Part shown: positions 1-6,983 of the stretch, one piece after another | How positions within the stretch are numbered: position 1 is the stretch's first letter | Layout of the letters: the number at the start of each line of letters is the position of its first letter | Origin: a virus | Taxonomy: Duplodnaviria > Heunggongvirae > Uroviricota > Caudoviricetes | Direction: 5' to 3' (one strand) | DNA: 16,243 nt | Virus record (IMG/VR): IMGVR_UViG_3300027708_003081 | Notes under the pieces: model-generated | Databases searched by the model: none | What the model saw: the letters and a program-made list of their open reading frames with translations, nothing else | What the model was told of the DNA's origin: nothing | Translations under genes and position numbers: made by a program

Positions 1-318
1 TGGAGAGGTACTGATATTGATGTAATATTAGAACAAGCAGAACAAATTTTAGAAAAACAAATGATTAGTATAATTGATGAAGTATCACCAAATTGGTATA
101 AATGTTATACTGAACAAGATAAAAAAGCACACTTATCAAAAATATCAGAATCACTTAAACACCAAGAATTCAAAAACGATTGTATTAAATGTGATTATTG
201 TAGTAAAGTAGTTAAAAATTTTATGGCTATTGATGTTTGGATGATAACAGACGATAATAAAAATGTGTGTTACGAATGTCAAATAAAAAACAATATTGGG
301 TATGGAGAAAAAAAATAA
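1..318 (+). CDS. Hypothetical protein, 5'-truncated, with probable Zn-binding Cys cluster
   Basis: Frame 1 is open from base 1 (WRGTDIDVILEQAEQILEKQ-MISIIDE...), so the true start probably lies upstream of the window rather than at ATG 61. The C-terminal part has CIKCDYC...CYEC. Ends TAA 316-318. Confidence 0.6.
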   Translation, partial: WRGTDIDVILEQAEQILEKQMISIIDEVSPNWYKCYTEQDKKAHLSKISESLKHQEFKNDCIKCDYCSKVVKNFMAIDVWMITDDNKNVCYECQIKNNIGYGEKK

Positions 319-328
319 TTTAAATAAA

Positions 329-655
329 ATGGGAAATACAATAGAAAATAAAATGATGAAACTTCAGTTTAAGTATTTAGATTACTTATTTGAAGGAATG
401 TATGAGGTTAAGTCAGATGAAGATGATGTTAGAATTTGGAGAAAAAACGAACAACCTGTATTAAAATTAGAATTGCAAATAGGATTTATTCGCAAATTGT
501 GGGTTTTAAACACATATTGGGATGATATTAGTGATATGTTATCATTAGATAATCGTGAAACTAAACAACTAATGAGAGAATGGGCTGAAAAACGTATAGA
601 ATTAAAAGGAAAAGTTTACCCCCAACCACGAATATTAAGTTTTCTTAGTCAATAA
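329..655 (+). CDS. Hypothetical phage protein (108 aa)
   Basis: Same frame as track ORF 296..655. ATG 329 is preferred because it follows the previous stop (318) after an A-rich spacer; ATG 353/356 are alternatives. Followed directly by a terminator hairpin. Confidence 0.65.
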   Translation: MGNTIENKMMKLQFKYLDYLFEGMYEVKSDEDDVRIWRKNEQPVLKLELQIGFIRKLWVLNTYWDDISDMLSLDNRETKQLMREWAEKRIELKGKVYPQPRILSFLSQ

Positions 656-660
656 GAATT

Positions 661-690
661 AGCCCCTCCCCATAAAGGAGGGTTTTTTAT
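661..690 (+). terminator. Rho-independent terminator
   Basis: Stem CCCTCC (664-669) / GGAGGG (677-682), 7-nt loop CCATAAA, then TTTTTT (683-688) and a further T-rich run. Starts 6 nt after the stop at 655. Confidence 0.85.
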
Positions 691-725
691 TTTTATTATT
701 TATTTACTATTTACTTTTTACAAAA

Positions 726-738
726 TATTTATAATAAA
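726..738 (+). promoter_or_regulatory. Recurrent TATTTAT(N)ATAAA upstream motif (putative phage-specific promoter element)
   Basis: TATTTAT-A-ATAAA, with TATTTAT ending 17 nt before ATG 750. The same core lies upstream of ORFs at 3618, 7190 and 9591. Confidence 0.45.
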
Positions 739-749
739 CAAAACTACCT

Positions 750-1865
750 ATGAAAAACTTATCTAAAGAAGAGCTATTAAGCCGGCTTGAAGGCATTAAT
801 AGAAGTAATGCCATTATCTATTTTGACCTAGGAGGTATCATTTTGGGTGTAAACGACATTTTTTTGTTGGCGATGGGGTATAAAGTTGATGAATATAATG
901 AACTTATTGGTAAGCACCATAGCATCTTTGTATGTAAAGATTATGCAAAGTCATCGGAGTATGAAAAGTTTTGGGACATTTTAAGAAGTGGTAAGTATTA
1001 TTCAGGGGAATTTGAAAGAATAAAAAAAGATGGTACCCTTATCAACTTACAAGCAACATACAATCCTATTTTTGATGATAGTGGTAAGATTACTAAAATA
1101 ATGAAAGTCGCTACTGACATTACGGCAATTGCGAATAGTAAAAAACAATTAGAAGCGATTAACAGAAGTACGGCAAGTATTACTTTTAATGTTGATGGAT
1201 TCATTTTAGATGCGAACACTCTGTTTTTACAAGCGATGGGATATAAACCCAACGAAAAAAATCAAATAGTTGGGAGACACCATAGTATCTTTGTTAGTTA
1301 TGAGTATTCAAAGTCAGATGAATATAAAATATTTTGGGATACCTTAAGAAGTGGTAAGTTTTTTGAAGGTGTGGTAGAAAGAAAAAAAGTGGATGGTAGT
1401 GTTATTTATTTACAAGCCACGTATAATCCCATTTTAGATAGTAAAGGAAATGTTATAAGTGTAATTAAAATTGCTACTGATATAACTGAAACTGTTATCA
1501 GTAAAAATAAAATAGAAACACTAACAAAAGACTTGAAATTAGAGTTAGATAATTCAAAGAAACTTAAAGATTCCATAGAAATAGAAAAGAATGCGGCTTT
1601 GAATGACTTGGATGTGGTGATGAAAAAGAGTCAAAGTGAGTTAATAAAAATAATTGTTAAATGTGCTTTATCGGTAATTATAGGAGTAGGTCTTGTAACA
1701 ACTTCGCTTTATTGGATGGCTATTGTGATGGGAAAGGAAACACAAATTATTGGCTCAACTTGGAGTAATATGTTTAGTGTACTTCTAACAAACGCATTTT
1801 CAATTGTAGGAACAATTATGGGTATTAAATATGCTACTCAAGAAAATGGTAAAGAAAAAAAATAA
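750..1865 (+). CDS. Tandem PAS-PAS sensor protein with coiled coil and two C-terminal transmembrane helices; no output domain
   Basis: Two PAS/PAC repeats (INRS..I.F...G.IL..N..FL.AMGY...GxHHSIFV...EY..FWD.LRSG....G..ER.K.DG....LQATYNPI.D..G......K.ATDIT) resembling the PAS domains of BdlA-type soluble chemoreceptors. Then a K/E/L-rich helix (aa ~247-300), hydrophobic segments at aa ~301-328 and ~333-359, and a basic tail (KEKK). Confidence 0.9.
   Translation: MKNLSKEELLSRLEGINRSNAIIYFDLGGIILGVNDIFLLAMGYKVDEYNELIGKHHSIFVCKDYAKSSEYEKFWDILRSGKYYSGEFERIKKDGTLINLQATYNPIFDDSGKITKIMKVATDITAIANSKKQLEAINRSTASITFNVDGFILDANTLFLQAMGYKPNEKNQIVGRHHSIFVSYEYSKSDEYKIFWDTLRSGKFFEGVVERKKVDGSVIYLQATYNPILDSKGNVISVIKIATDITETVISKNKIETLTKDLKLELDNSKKLKDSIEIEKNAALNDLDVVMKKSQSELIKIIVKCALSVIIGVGLVTTSLYWMAIVMGKETQIIGSTWSNMFSVLLTNAFSIVGTIMGIKYATQENGKEKK
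786..1511 (+). repeat. Intragenic tandem duplication, 363-bp unit (two PAS domains)
   Basis: Matching blocks at a constant 363-nt offset: GCGATGGG(G/A)TATAAA 870/1233; CATAG(C/T)ATCTTTGT 918/1281; TTAAGAAGTGGTAAG 981/1344 (15/15 identical). Confidence 0.85.
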
Positions 1866-1867
1866 AA

Positions 1868-1896
1868 TTGACTTAACACTCATTTAAAACTATACT
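1868..1896 (+). promoter_or_regulatory. Canonical sigma70-type promoter
   Basis: -35 TTGACT (1868-1873), exactly 17-nt spacer, -10 TATACT (1891-1896). Lies in the intergenic gap upstream of the exonuclease gene. Confidence 0.8.
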
Positions 1897-1935
1897 TAAT
1901 TAGAAACAATATTTTATCACCACACAAATGGTTAA

Positions 1936-2928
1936 GTGAAGACACTTTTAATTGATGGAAATAACCTGTATATGATAGGTTATAATGGGGTTAGGGATTT
2001 ATTTAATAAGAACGAGCATATCGGTGGGATATATCATTTCATTAATACAATCAGAAAACATTTAGAGGAAAGCAATTACGACAAGGTAATTGTTTGTTGG
2101 GATAGCGAGTCCAATACATCGGTTAGAAAAGAGATGTATCCTAACTATAAAGTACAAAGAAAAAACGAGATGAGTGAGGAACAATACGAATCCTACCTCC
2201 ATCAAAGACAAAGAGTTAAACAATACTTGGAAGAAGTATTTGTTAGACAGGTTGAAGTTCCAAATAATGAAGCCGACGATTTAATTGCACAATACTGTAA
2301 GATTGCATTAGATGAAAATATAACCATATTTTCAGGAGACAAGGACTTTACACAGCTCATATCAGAAAGAGTCCAAATTTACTATCCTATTAAGAAAGAA
2401 TACTATAAATTAGGTGATATGATATTACTTGATAAAGTTAATATCCCCCATCAAAATGTGTTATTAACAAAAGTTTTTGTTGGTGATACGTCAGATAATA
2501 TTTCAGGTATTGATGGACTTGGTGTAAAAACTTTGGTTAAGTTATTCCCTATGTTGCAGGAGAAATCATGCACTATCACCGAAATCTTGGATAATGCACG
2601 AATTATCGGACAGGAAAAGAAAGTTCCAAAAATTATTGGTAAAATTTTGACTGGACACTCAAAAAATGGTATACTTGGTGAAGAGTTTTATAATACAAAT
2701 CTAAAAATAATTGATTTAGGAAACCCCCTAATTACAGATGAGGCAAAAGTATTAGTTGAAGAAGTTTATAAACAAAAAATTGACCCGACGGATAGGGGAT
2801 ATAAAAATCTAATGAAGATGATGATGGCTGACGGACTATTCAAGTACTTACCGAAAGATGATAATGCTTGGGTTAATTTCCTTAAACCATTTTTAAAATT
2901 AACAAGAAAGGAAAAAAGAAAATTATGA
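1936..2928 (+). CDS. 5'-3' exonuclease / flap endonuclease (T4 RNase H / T5 D15 / Pol I N-terminal PIN-like family)
   Basis: GTG start. Motifs LLIDGNNL, VIVCWD, RKEMYPNYK, EADDLIA, IFSGDKDFTQL and the H3TH motif GDTSDNISGIDGLGVKT. No polymerase domain follows. Confidence 0.92.
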   Translation: MKTLLIDGNNLYMIGYNGVRDLFNKNEHIGGIYHFINTIRKHLEESNYDKVIVCWDSESNTSVRKEMYPNYKVQRKNEMSEEQYESYLHQRQRVKQYLEEVFVRQVEVPNNEADDLIAQYCKIALDENITIFSGDKDFTQLISERVQIYYPIKKEYYKLGDMILLDKVNIPHQNVLLTKVFVGDTSDNISGIDGLGVKTLVKLFPMLQEKSCTITEILDNARIIGQEKKVPKIIGKILTGHSKNGILGEEFYNTNLKIIDLGNPLITDEAKVLVEEVYKQKIDPTDRGYKNLMKMMMADGLFKYLPKDDNAWVNFLKPFLKLTRKEKRKL

Positions 2929-3113
2929 ACAGTTTAAAAAGAATTGATGATGAGACCATCTTTGTTGATGGAATTTATTACAGTACAAACTCATTAAAGA
3001 AAGTAGAAATAAAAAATGAAATGGGATATAAGGTAGAATCCATTAAATTAAATGGAATTCGTTATTATCCATATAAAGAAGATAAAAATAATACAAAAGA
3101 AAATCACAATTAA
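2925..3113 (+). CDS. Small hypothetical protein (62 aa)
   Basis: ATGA overlap with the exonuclease stop, suggesting translational coupling. Fills the gap before ATG 3124. Two similar beta-hairpin-like motifs: IFVDGIYY and IKLNGIRYY. Confidence 0.55.
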   Translation: MNSLKRIDDETIFVDGIYYSTNSLKKVEIKNEMGYKVESIKLNGIRYYPYKEDKNNTKENHN

Positions 3114-3123
3114 AAATAGAAAT

Positions 3124-3576
3124 ATGAACAAAGAGCAAGACAGCACAAAACTTGAGTTTCTTTTAACTTTGAATGAAAACATCATAGTACAAAGATTCTT
3201 TAATGTGAGGGGGTTTAACCCAAAGGCGAGAAATTCTTATGAACTCTATGAGTTTATGAAAGACACCAAGGATACGTTGACGTATGACTTGAAAATGAAA
3301 ACCGTTGTCTATATGATGGACAATATGGAGGCAATTATGCACGACGCGGCAGTTATGAACACATCTTATACAGAAGATGCCGAGTATTTTAATCTGTATG
3401 TGAAGTTGGGAGAACAGACAATTTGTCACAGAATTTTTGACGGAAAAATGTTTCCACCAAAAGTTAGGTATACGGTTGATGTAAGACCATATCTAAAAGA
3501 AATCTTGAGAGGACTTACTGACATTTTTTCAGATTACAGATTATCTTACGAATATTTGGATTATCAGTTGGCTTAA
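3124..3576 (+). CDS. Hypothetical protein (150 aa) upstream of the helicase, with internal two-fold repeat
   Basis: Same frame as track ORF 3052..3576. ATG 3124 is preferred because it avoids a 62-nt overlap with 2925..3113 and the extension is low-complexity K/I. Globular composition; internal repeat aa 10-36 vs 89-115. Confidence 0.75.
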   Translation: MNKEQDSTKLEFLLTLNENIIVQRFFNVRGFNPKARNSYELYEFMKDTKDTLTYDLKMKTVVYMMDNMEAIMHDAAVMNTSYTEDAEYFNLYVKLGEQTICHRIFDGKMFPPKVRYTVDVRPYLKEILRGLTDIFSDYRLSYEYLDYQLA

Positions 3577-3580
3577 AAGA

Positions 3581-3594
3581 TATTTATTAATAAA
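3581..3594 (+). promoter_or_regulatory. Recurrent TATTTAT(NN)ATAAA upstream motif
   Basis: TATTTAT-TA-ATAAA (contains the palindrome TTTATTAATAAA, 3583-3594), with TATTTAT ending 30 nt before helicase ATG 3618. Confidence 0.4.
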
Positions 3595-3617
3595 AGGGGT
3601 TTACCCGAACAAATACT

Positions 3618-4991
3618 ATGAAGAAAAATTTTGACTATTTAGGAAACACATTTCAGATACAATTACTTAATCAGTTAATTGTAGACAAGAACTTCTCAAA
3701 CACTATAATTAATGTCCTCGATGGTAACTATTTCGACAACAAGTATTTCAAAATTATTAGCCAACTTACAAAAGAGTACTACAAAAAGTACGAATCAACA
3801 CCTTCCTTTGATACGTTAGAACAACTAATCAAGTCAGAAATAACACAAGAATTGGTGCAGAAAATTGTTTTAGACACATTAAAACAAGTTAAAGACGCAC
3901 CTTTTGAAGGAACAATATTTGTCCAAGAAAAAGCGTTGAAATTCTGTAAACAACAAGAGTTACAGAAGGCAATGGAGAAAGCTCAAAAAATAATTACTGA
4001 AGGTGATTTTGAGTCTTACGACAAAGTTGAAGGGTTGGTTAGGGACGCCTTACAAGTGGGACAAACCGATATGGGAATTACTGACATCTTCTCGGGACTT
4101 GATACAGTTCTTGAGGAGGACTACAGACACCCAATTCCTATGGGAATTCCCGGTATTGATAAACTACTTAAGGGCGGACTTGCGAAGGGTGAGATAGGGG
4201 TTATACTCGCTCCTACGGGGGTTGGTAAAACAACTATCTTAACCAAAATCGCAAATACAGCATACAACTTGGGGTATAATGTATTACAAGTATTTTTTGA
4301 GGACAACCCAAAGATTGTTCAAAGAAAACACTTCACGTTATGGACAGGTATTGAACCGGATAACCTTAACAAACATAAAGAAACAGTTCTTGCAAAAGTT
4401 GAGGAGATTAGAAGTTCGATGGATAATAGATTAGTTCTACAGAAATTAGCGTCAGACACTTACACTATGTCTCAAATAAAGAATATGGTAAGAAAGATGA
4501 TAGCAGATGGAAATAAGATTGATTTGATTATGTTGGATTATATTGATTGTGTTACACCAGAATCATCAAGTAAAGATGAGTGGAAAGCGGAAGGTTCGGT
4601 TATGAGAGGATTTGAAGCGATGTGTCACGAACTTGATTTGGTTGGTTGGACCGCAACTCAAGGTAATAGAAGTTCAATCTCATCGGAGGTGGTTACAACA
4701 GACCAAATGGGTGGCTCAATTAAGAAAGCACAAGTTGGACACGTAATCATATCAATAGCGAAAAGTTTACAACAGAAGGAAATGAACTTGGCAACAATTG
4801 CAATTACAAAGTCAAGATTGGGTAAAGATGGTGTGGTATTTGAGAATTGTAAGTTTAATAATGAATTACTTGAAATAGATATAGATACATCAGTAACATT
4901 TTTAGGATTTGAAGAACAACAAGAAGAAAGAAAAAAAGACAGAGTTAAAGAATTAATGGAGAAAAGGAAACAAAGAGAACAAAATAATTAA
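3618..4991 (+). CDS. dnaB: Replicative DNA helicase, DnaB / T4 gp41-like (SF4)
   Basis: Walker A GVILAPTGVGKTT, Walker B LIMLDYID, and SF4 motifs WTATQGNR, MGGSIKKAQVGH and KSRLG (arginine-finger region). Helical N-terminal domain; 457 aa. Confidence 0.93.
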   Translation: MKKNFDYLGNTFQIQLLNQLIVDKNFSNTIINVLDGNYFDNKYFKIISQLTKEYYKKYESTPSFDTLEQLIKSEITQELVQKIVLDTLKQVKDAPFEGTIFVQEKALKFCKQQELQKAMEKAQKIITEGDFESYDKVEGLVRDALQVGQTDMGITDIFSGLDTVLEEDYRHPIPMGIPGIDKLLKGGLAKGEIGVILAPTGVGKTTILTKIANTAYNLGYNVLQVFFEDNPKIVQRKHFTLWTGIEPDNLNKHKETVLAKVEEIRSSMDNRLVLQKLASDTYTMSQIKNMVRKMIADGNKIDLIMLDYIDCVTPESSSKDEWKAEGSVMRGFEAMCHELDLVGWTATQGNRSSISSEVVTTDQMGGSIKKAQVGHVIISIAKSLQQKEMNLATIAITKSRLGKDGVVFENCKFNNELLEIDIDTSVTFLGFEEQQEERKKDRVKELMEKRKQREQNN

Positions 4992-5045
4992 GTAATTAAA
5001 TATCTACTTTTTCACAAAAAAACATTATTTTTTTTATCAAAATTA

Positions 5046-5068
5046 TGAGCCGCAAACCAAGCGGCTTA
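5046..5068 (+). other. GC-rich hairpin in the dnaB-nrdJ spacer
   Basis: AGCCGC (5048-5053) pairs with GCGGCT (5061-5066) around loop AAACCAA, extended by G.T and T-A pairs. No immediate U-tract, so it is not a textbook terminator. Confidence 0.6.
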
Positions 5069-5120
5069 ATATTTAATATTAAAATCACGGATTTTTTATA
5101 AAAAACAAAAAGAATTAAAA

Positions 5121-6980
5121 ATGGAAATTTCAAACAGAATACTATCGGAGATAACGGTGCATATGAAATATGCAAAGTATTTGCCGGAGTTAAAAAGAAG
5201 AGAGACTTGGTACGAATTAGTAACAAGAAATATGGAGATGCATATCAAATCGTATCCCCATTTAGAACAAGAGATAAGAGACAATTATCAGTTTGTTTAT
5301 AACAAGCAAGTATTACCGTCTATGAGGTCAATGCAGTTTGCAGGGAAACCAATTGAGATTTCACCAAACAGAATTTACAACTGTGCATACGCTCCTGTAG
5401 ATGATTGGAGAGTATTTTCAGAGATTATGTTCTTGTTACTTGGTGGAACAGGGGTTGGTTATTCAGTTCAAAAACATCACGTAGATGAATTACCTGAAAT
5501 TAGAAAACCAAATGAAAGAACAAGAAGATGGTTAGTTGCAGATTCAATTGAAGGATGGGCTGACGCAGTTAAAGTATTAGTTAAATCATACTTTTTCGGA
5601 GGTTCAAAAATTGAGTTTGACTTTTCAGACATCAGGGCAAAAGGCGCAAGACTTGTAACATCAGGTGGTAAAGCCCCCGGACCTCAACCACTTAAAGAGT
5701 GTTTGATTAAACTTGAAGGTATATTAGATGCTAAACAAGATGGTGACAGGTTAAGACCAATTGAGGTTCACGATATGGTTTGTCATATTGCTGACGCGGT
5801 ATTGGCAGGAGGGATTCGCAGAGCGGCTCTTATTTCCTTATTCTCGGCAACAGATGATGAGATGATTAGTTGTAAGTCAGGTGCTTGGTGGGAAACAAAC
5901 CCACAAAGAGGAAGAGCAAACAACTCCGCAGCACTTGTAAGACATAAGATTACCAAAGATTACTTTATGGAACTTTGGAAAAGAATTGAAGCGAGTGGAG
6001 CGGGAGAACCTGGAATCTACTTTACAAATGATAAAGATTGGGGAACTAATCCTTGTTGTGAGATTGCACTTCGTCCATTCCAATTTTGTAATCTTTGCGA
6101 GGTGAATGTTTCAAATGTTGTTAATCAAGAAGATTATGAGGCGAGAATCAAAGCTGCAACATTCATCGGAACATTACAAGCGGGATATACTAACTTCCAT
6201 TACTTAAGACCAATTTGGCAAAGAACAACTGAAAAAGATGCGCTTATCGGTGTATCGATGACGGGTATTGGTTCAGGTGCGGTATTAGGTTTGGATATGA
6301 AGACAGGCGCAAAAGTTGTGAAGGCCGAGAATGAAAGAGTCGCGGGGTTATTGGGAATTAACAAAGCGGCAAGAACAACTACAGTTAAACCTGCAGGAAC
6401 TACTTCGTTAACACTTGGAACATCATCAGGTATTCACGCTTGGCATAATGACTATTACATCAGAAGAGTGAGAGTTGGAAAGAATGAAGCAATCTACGGA
6501 TATTTGAAAACCAATCATCCCGAACTTATTGAAGATGAGTACTTCCGTCCACACGACACTGCGGTAATTGGTATTCCACAGAAAGCACCCGAAGGTTCAA
6601 TCTTAAGAAACGAATCACCAATTCAATTATTGGAGAGAGTTAAAAAAGTTCACACAGAATGGATTAAACCAGGACATAGAACAGGAAGTAATTCACATAA
6701 TGTTTCGGCGACTATTTCAGTTAGAGAACACGAATGGCCGGCAGTTGGCGAATGGATGTGGACTGAAAGGGAACACTACAATGGATTATCTGTATTGCCC
6801 TACGATTCTGGAAGTTATAAACAGGCACCCTTTGAGGACTGTACAAAAGAAAAGTATGACGAATTAATGGAAACCTTAAAAGATGTTGATTTATCCAAGA
6901 TAATTGAAATAGATGATGATACAGATTTAAGAGGTGAAGCGGCTTGTGCTGGTGGAGCTTGTGAAATAACATTAGTATAA
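5121..6980 (+). CDS. nrdJ: Class II (adenosylcobalamin-dependent) ribonucleotide reductase, monomeric RTPR-type
   Basis: Motifs RRETW, LPSMRSMQFAG, YNCAY, GGTGVGYS, GGKAPGP, AGGIRRAALI, GEPG, active-site TNPCCEI (thiyl Cys ~aa 312, nt 6054), FCNLCEVN, TTVKPAGT and the C-terminal redox pair ACAGGACEI. No class I beta subunit is adjacent. Confidence 0.93.
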   Translation: MEISNRILSEITVHMKYAKYLPELKRRETWYELVTRNMEMHIKSYPHLEQEIRDNYQFVYNKQVLPSMRSMQFAGKPIEISPNRIYNCAYAPVDDWRVFSEIMFLLLGGTGVGYSVQKHHVDELPEIRKPNERTRRWLVADSIEGWADAVKVLVKSYFFGGSKIEFDFSDIRAKGARLVTSGGKAPGPQPLKECLIKLEGILDAKQDGDRLRPIEVHDMVCHIADAVLAGGIRRAALISLFSATDDEMISCKSGAWWETNPQRGRANNSAALVRHKITKDYFMELWKRIEASGAGEPGIYFTNDKDWGTNPCCEIALRPFQFCNLCEVNVSNVVNQEDYEARIKAATFIGTLQAGYTNFHYLRPIWQRTTEKDALIGVSMTGIGSGAVLGLDMKTGAKVVKAENERVAGLLGINKAARTTTVKPAGTTSLTLGTSSGIHAWHNDYYIRRVRVGKNEAIYGYLKTNHPELIEDEYFRPHDTAVIGIPQKAPEGSILRNESPIQLLERVKKVHTEWIKPGHRTGSNSHNVSATISVREHEWPAVGEWMWTEREHYNGLSVLPYDSGSYKQAPFEDCTKEKYDELMETLKDVDLSKIIEIDDDTDLRGEAACAGGACEITLV

Positions 6981-6983
6981 CCT

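Noticed and set aside
296-328. Track starts at 296 (and at 3052 for the 174-aa ORF)
   Set aside because: They create overlaps with upstream genes and add low-complexity K/N/I-rich extensions. Downstream ATGs at 329 and 3124, just after the preceding stops, are more plausible.
750-1865. Calling the PAS protein a methyl-accepting chemotaxis protein or BdlA ortholog
   Set aside because: Only the PAS domains resemble BdlA-type receptors. The MCP signalling hairpin (e.g. LLALNAAIEAARAGE.GRGFAVVA.EVR) is absent and replaced by a short coiled coil and two TM helices.
4003-4197. 64-aa + strand ORF inside dnaB
   Set aside because: Out-of-frame overlap within a conserved helicase gene, with no motif or initiation signal.
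4992-5120. Cobalamin riboswitch or NrdR box upstream of nrdJ
   Set aside because: The spacer is only 129 nt and very AT-rich, with no B12-box-like conserved core. I found no convincing match to the NrdR consensus (acaCwAtATaTwGtg).
3618-6980. Inteins, group I introns or homing endonucleases in dnaB or nrdJ (common insertion hot spots)
   Set aside because: Both ORFs are compact (457 and 619 aa) with catalytic motifs at normal spacing. No LAGLIDADG/HNH/GIY-YIG motifs or C...HN-C/S/T splice junctions were seen.
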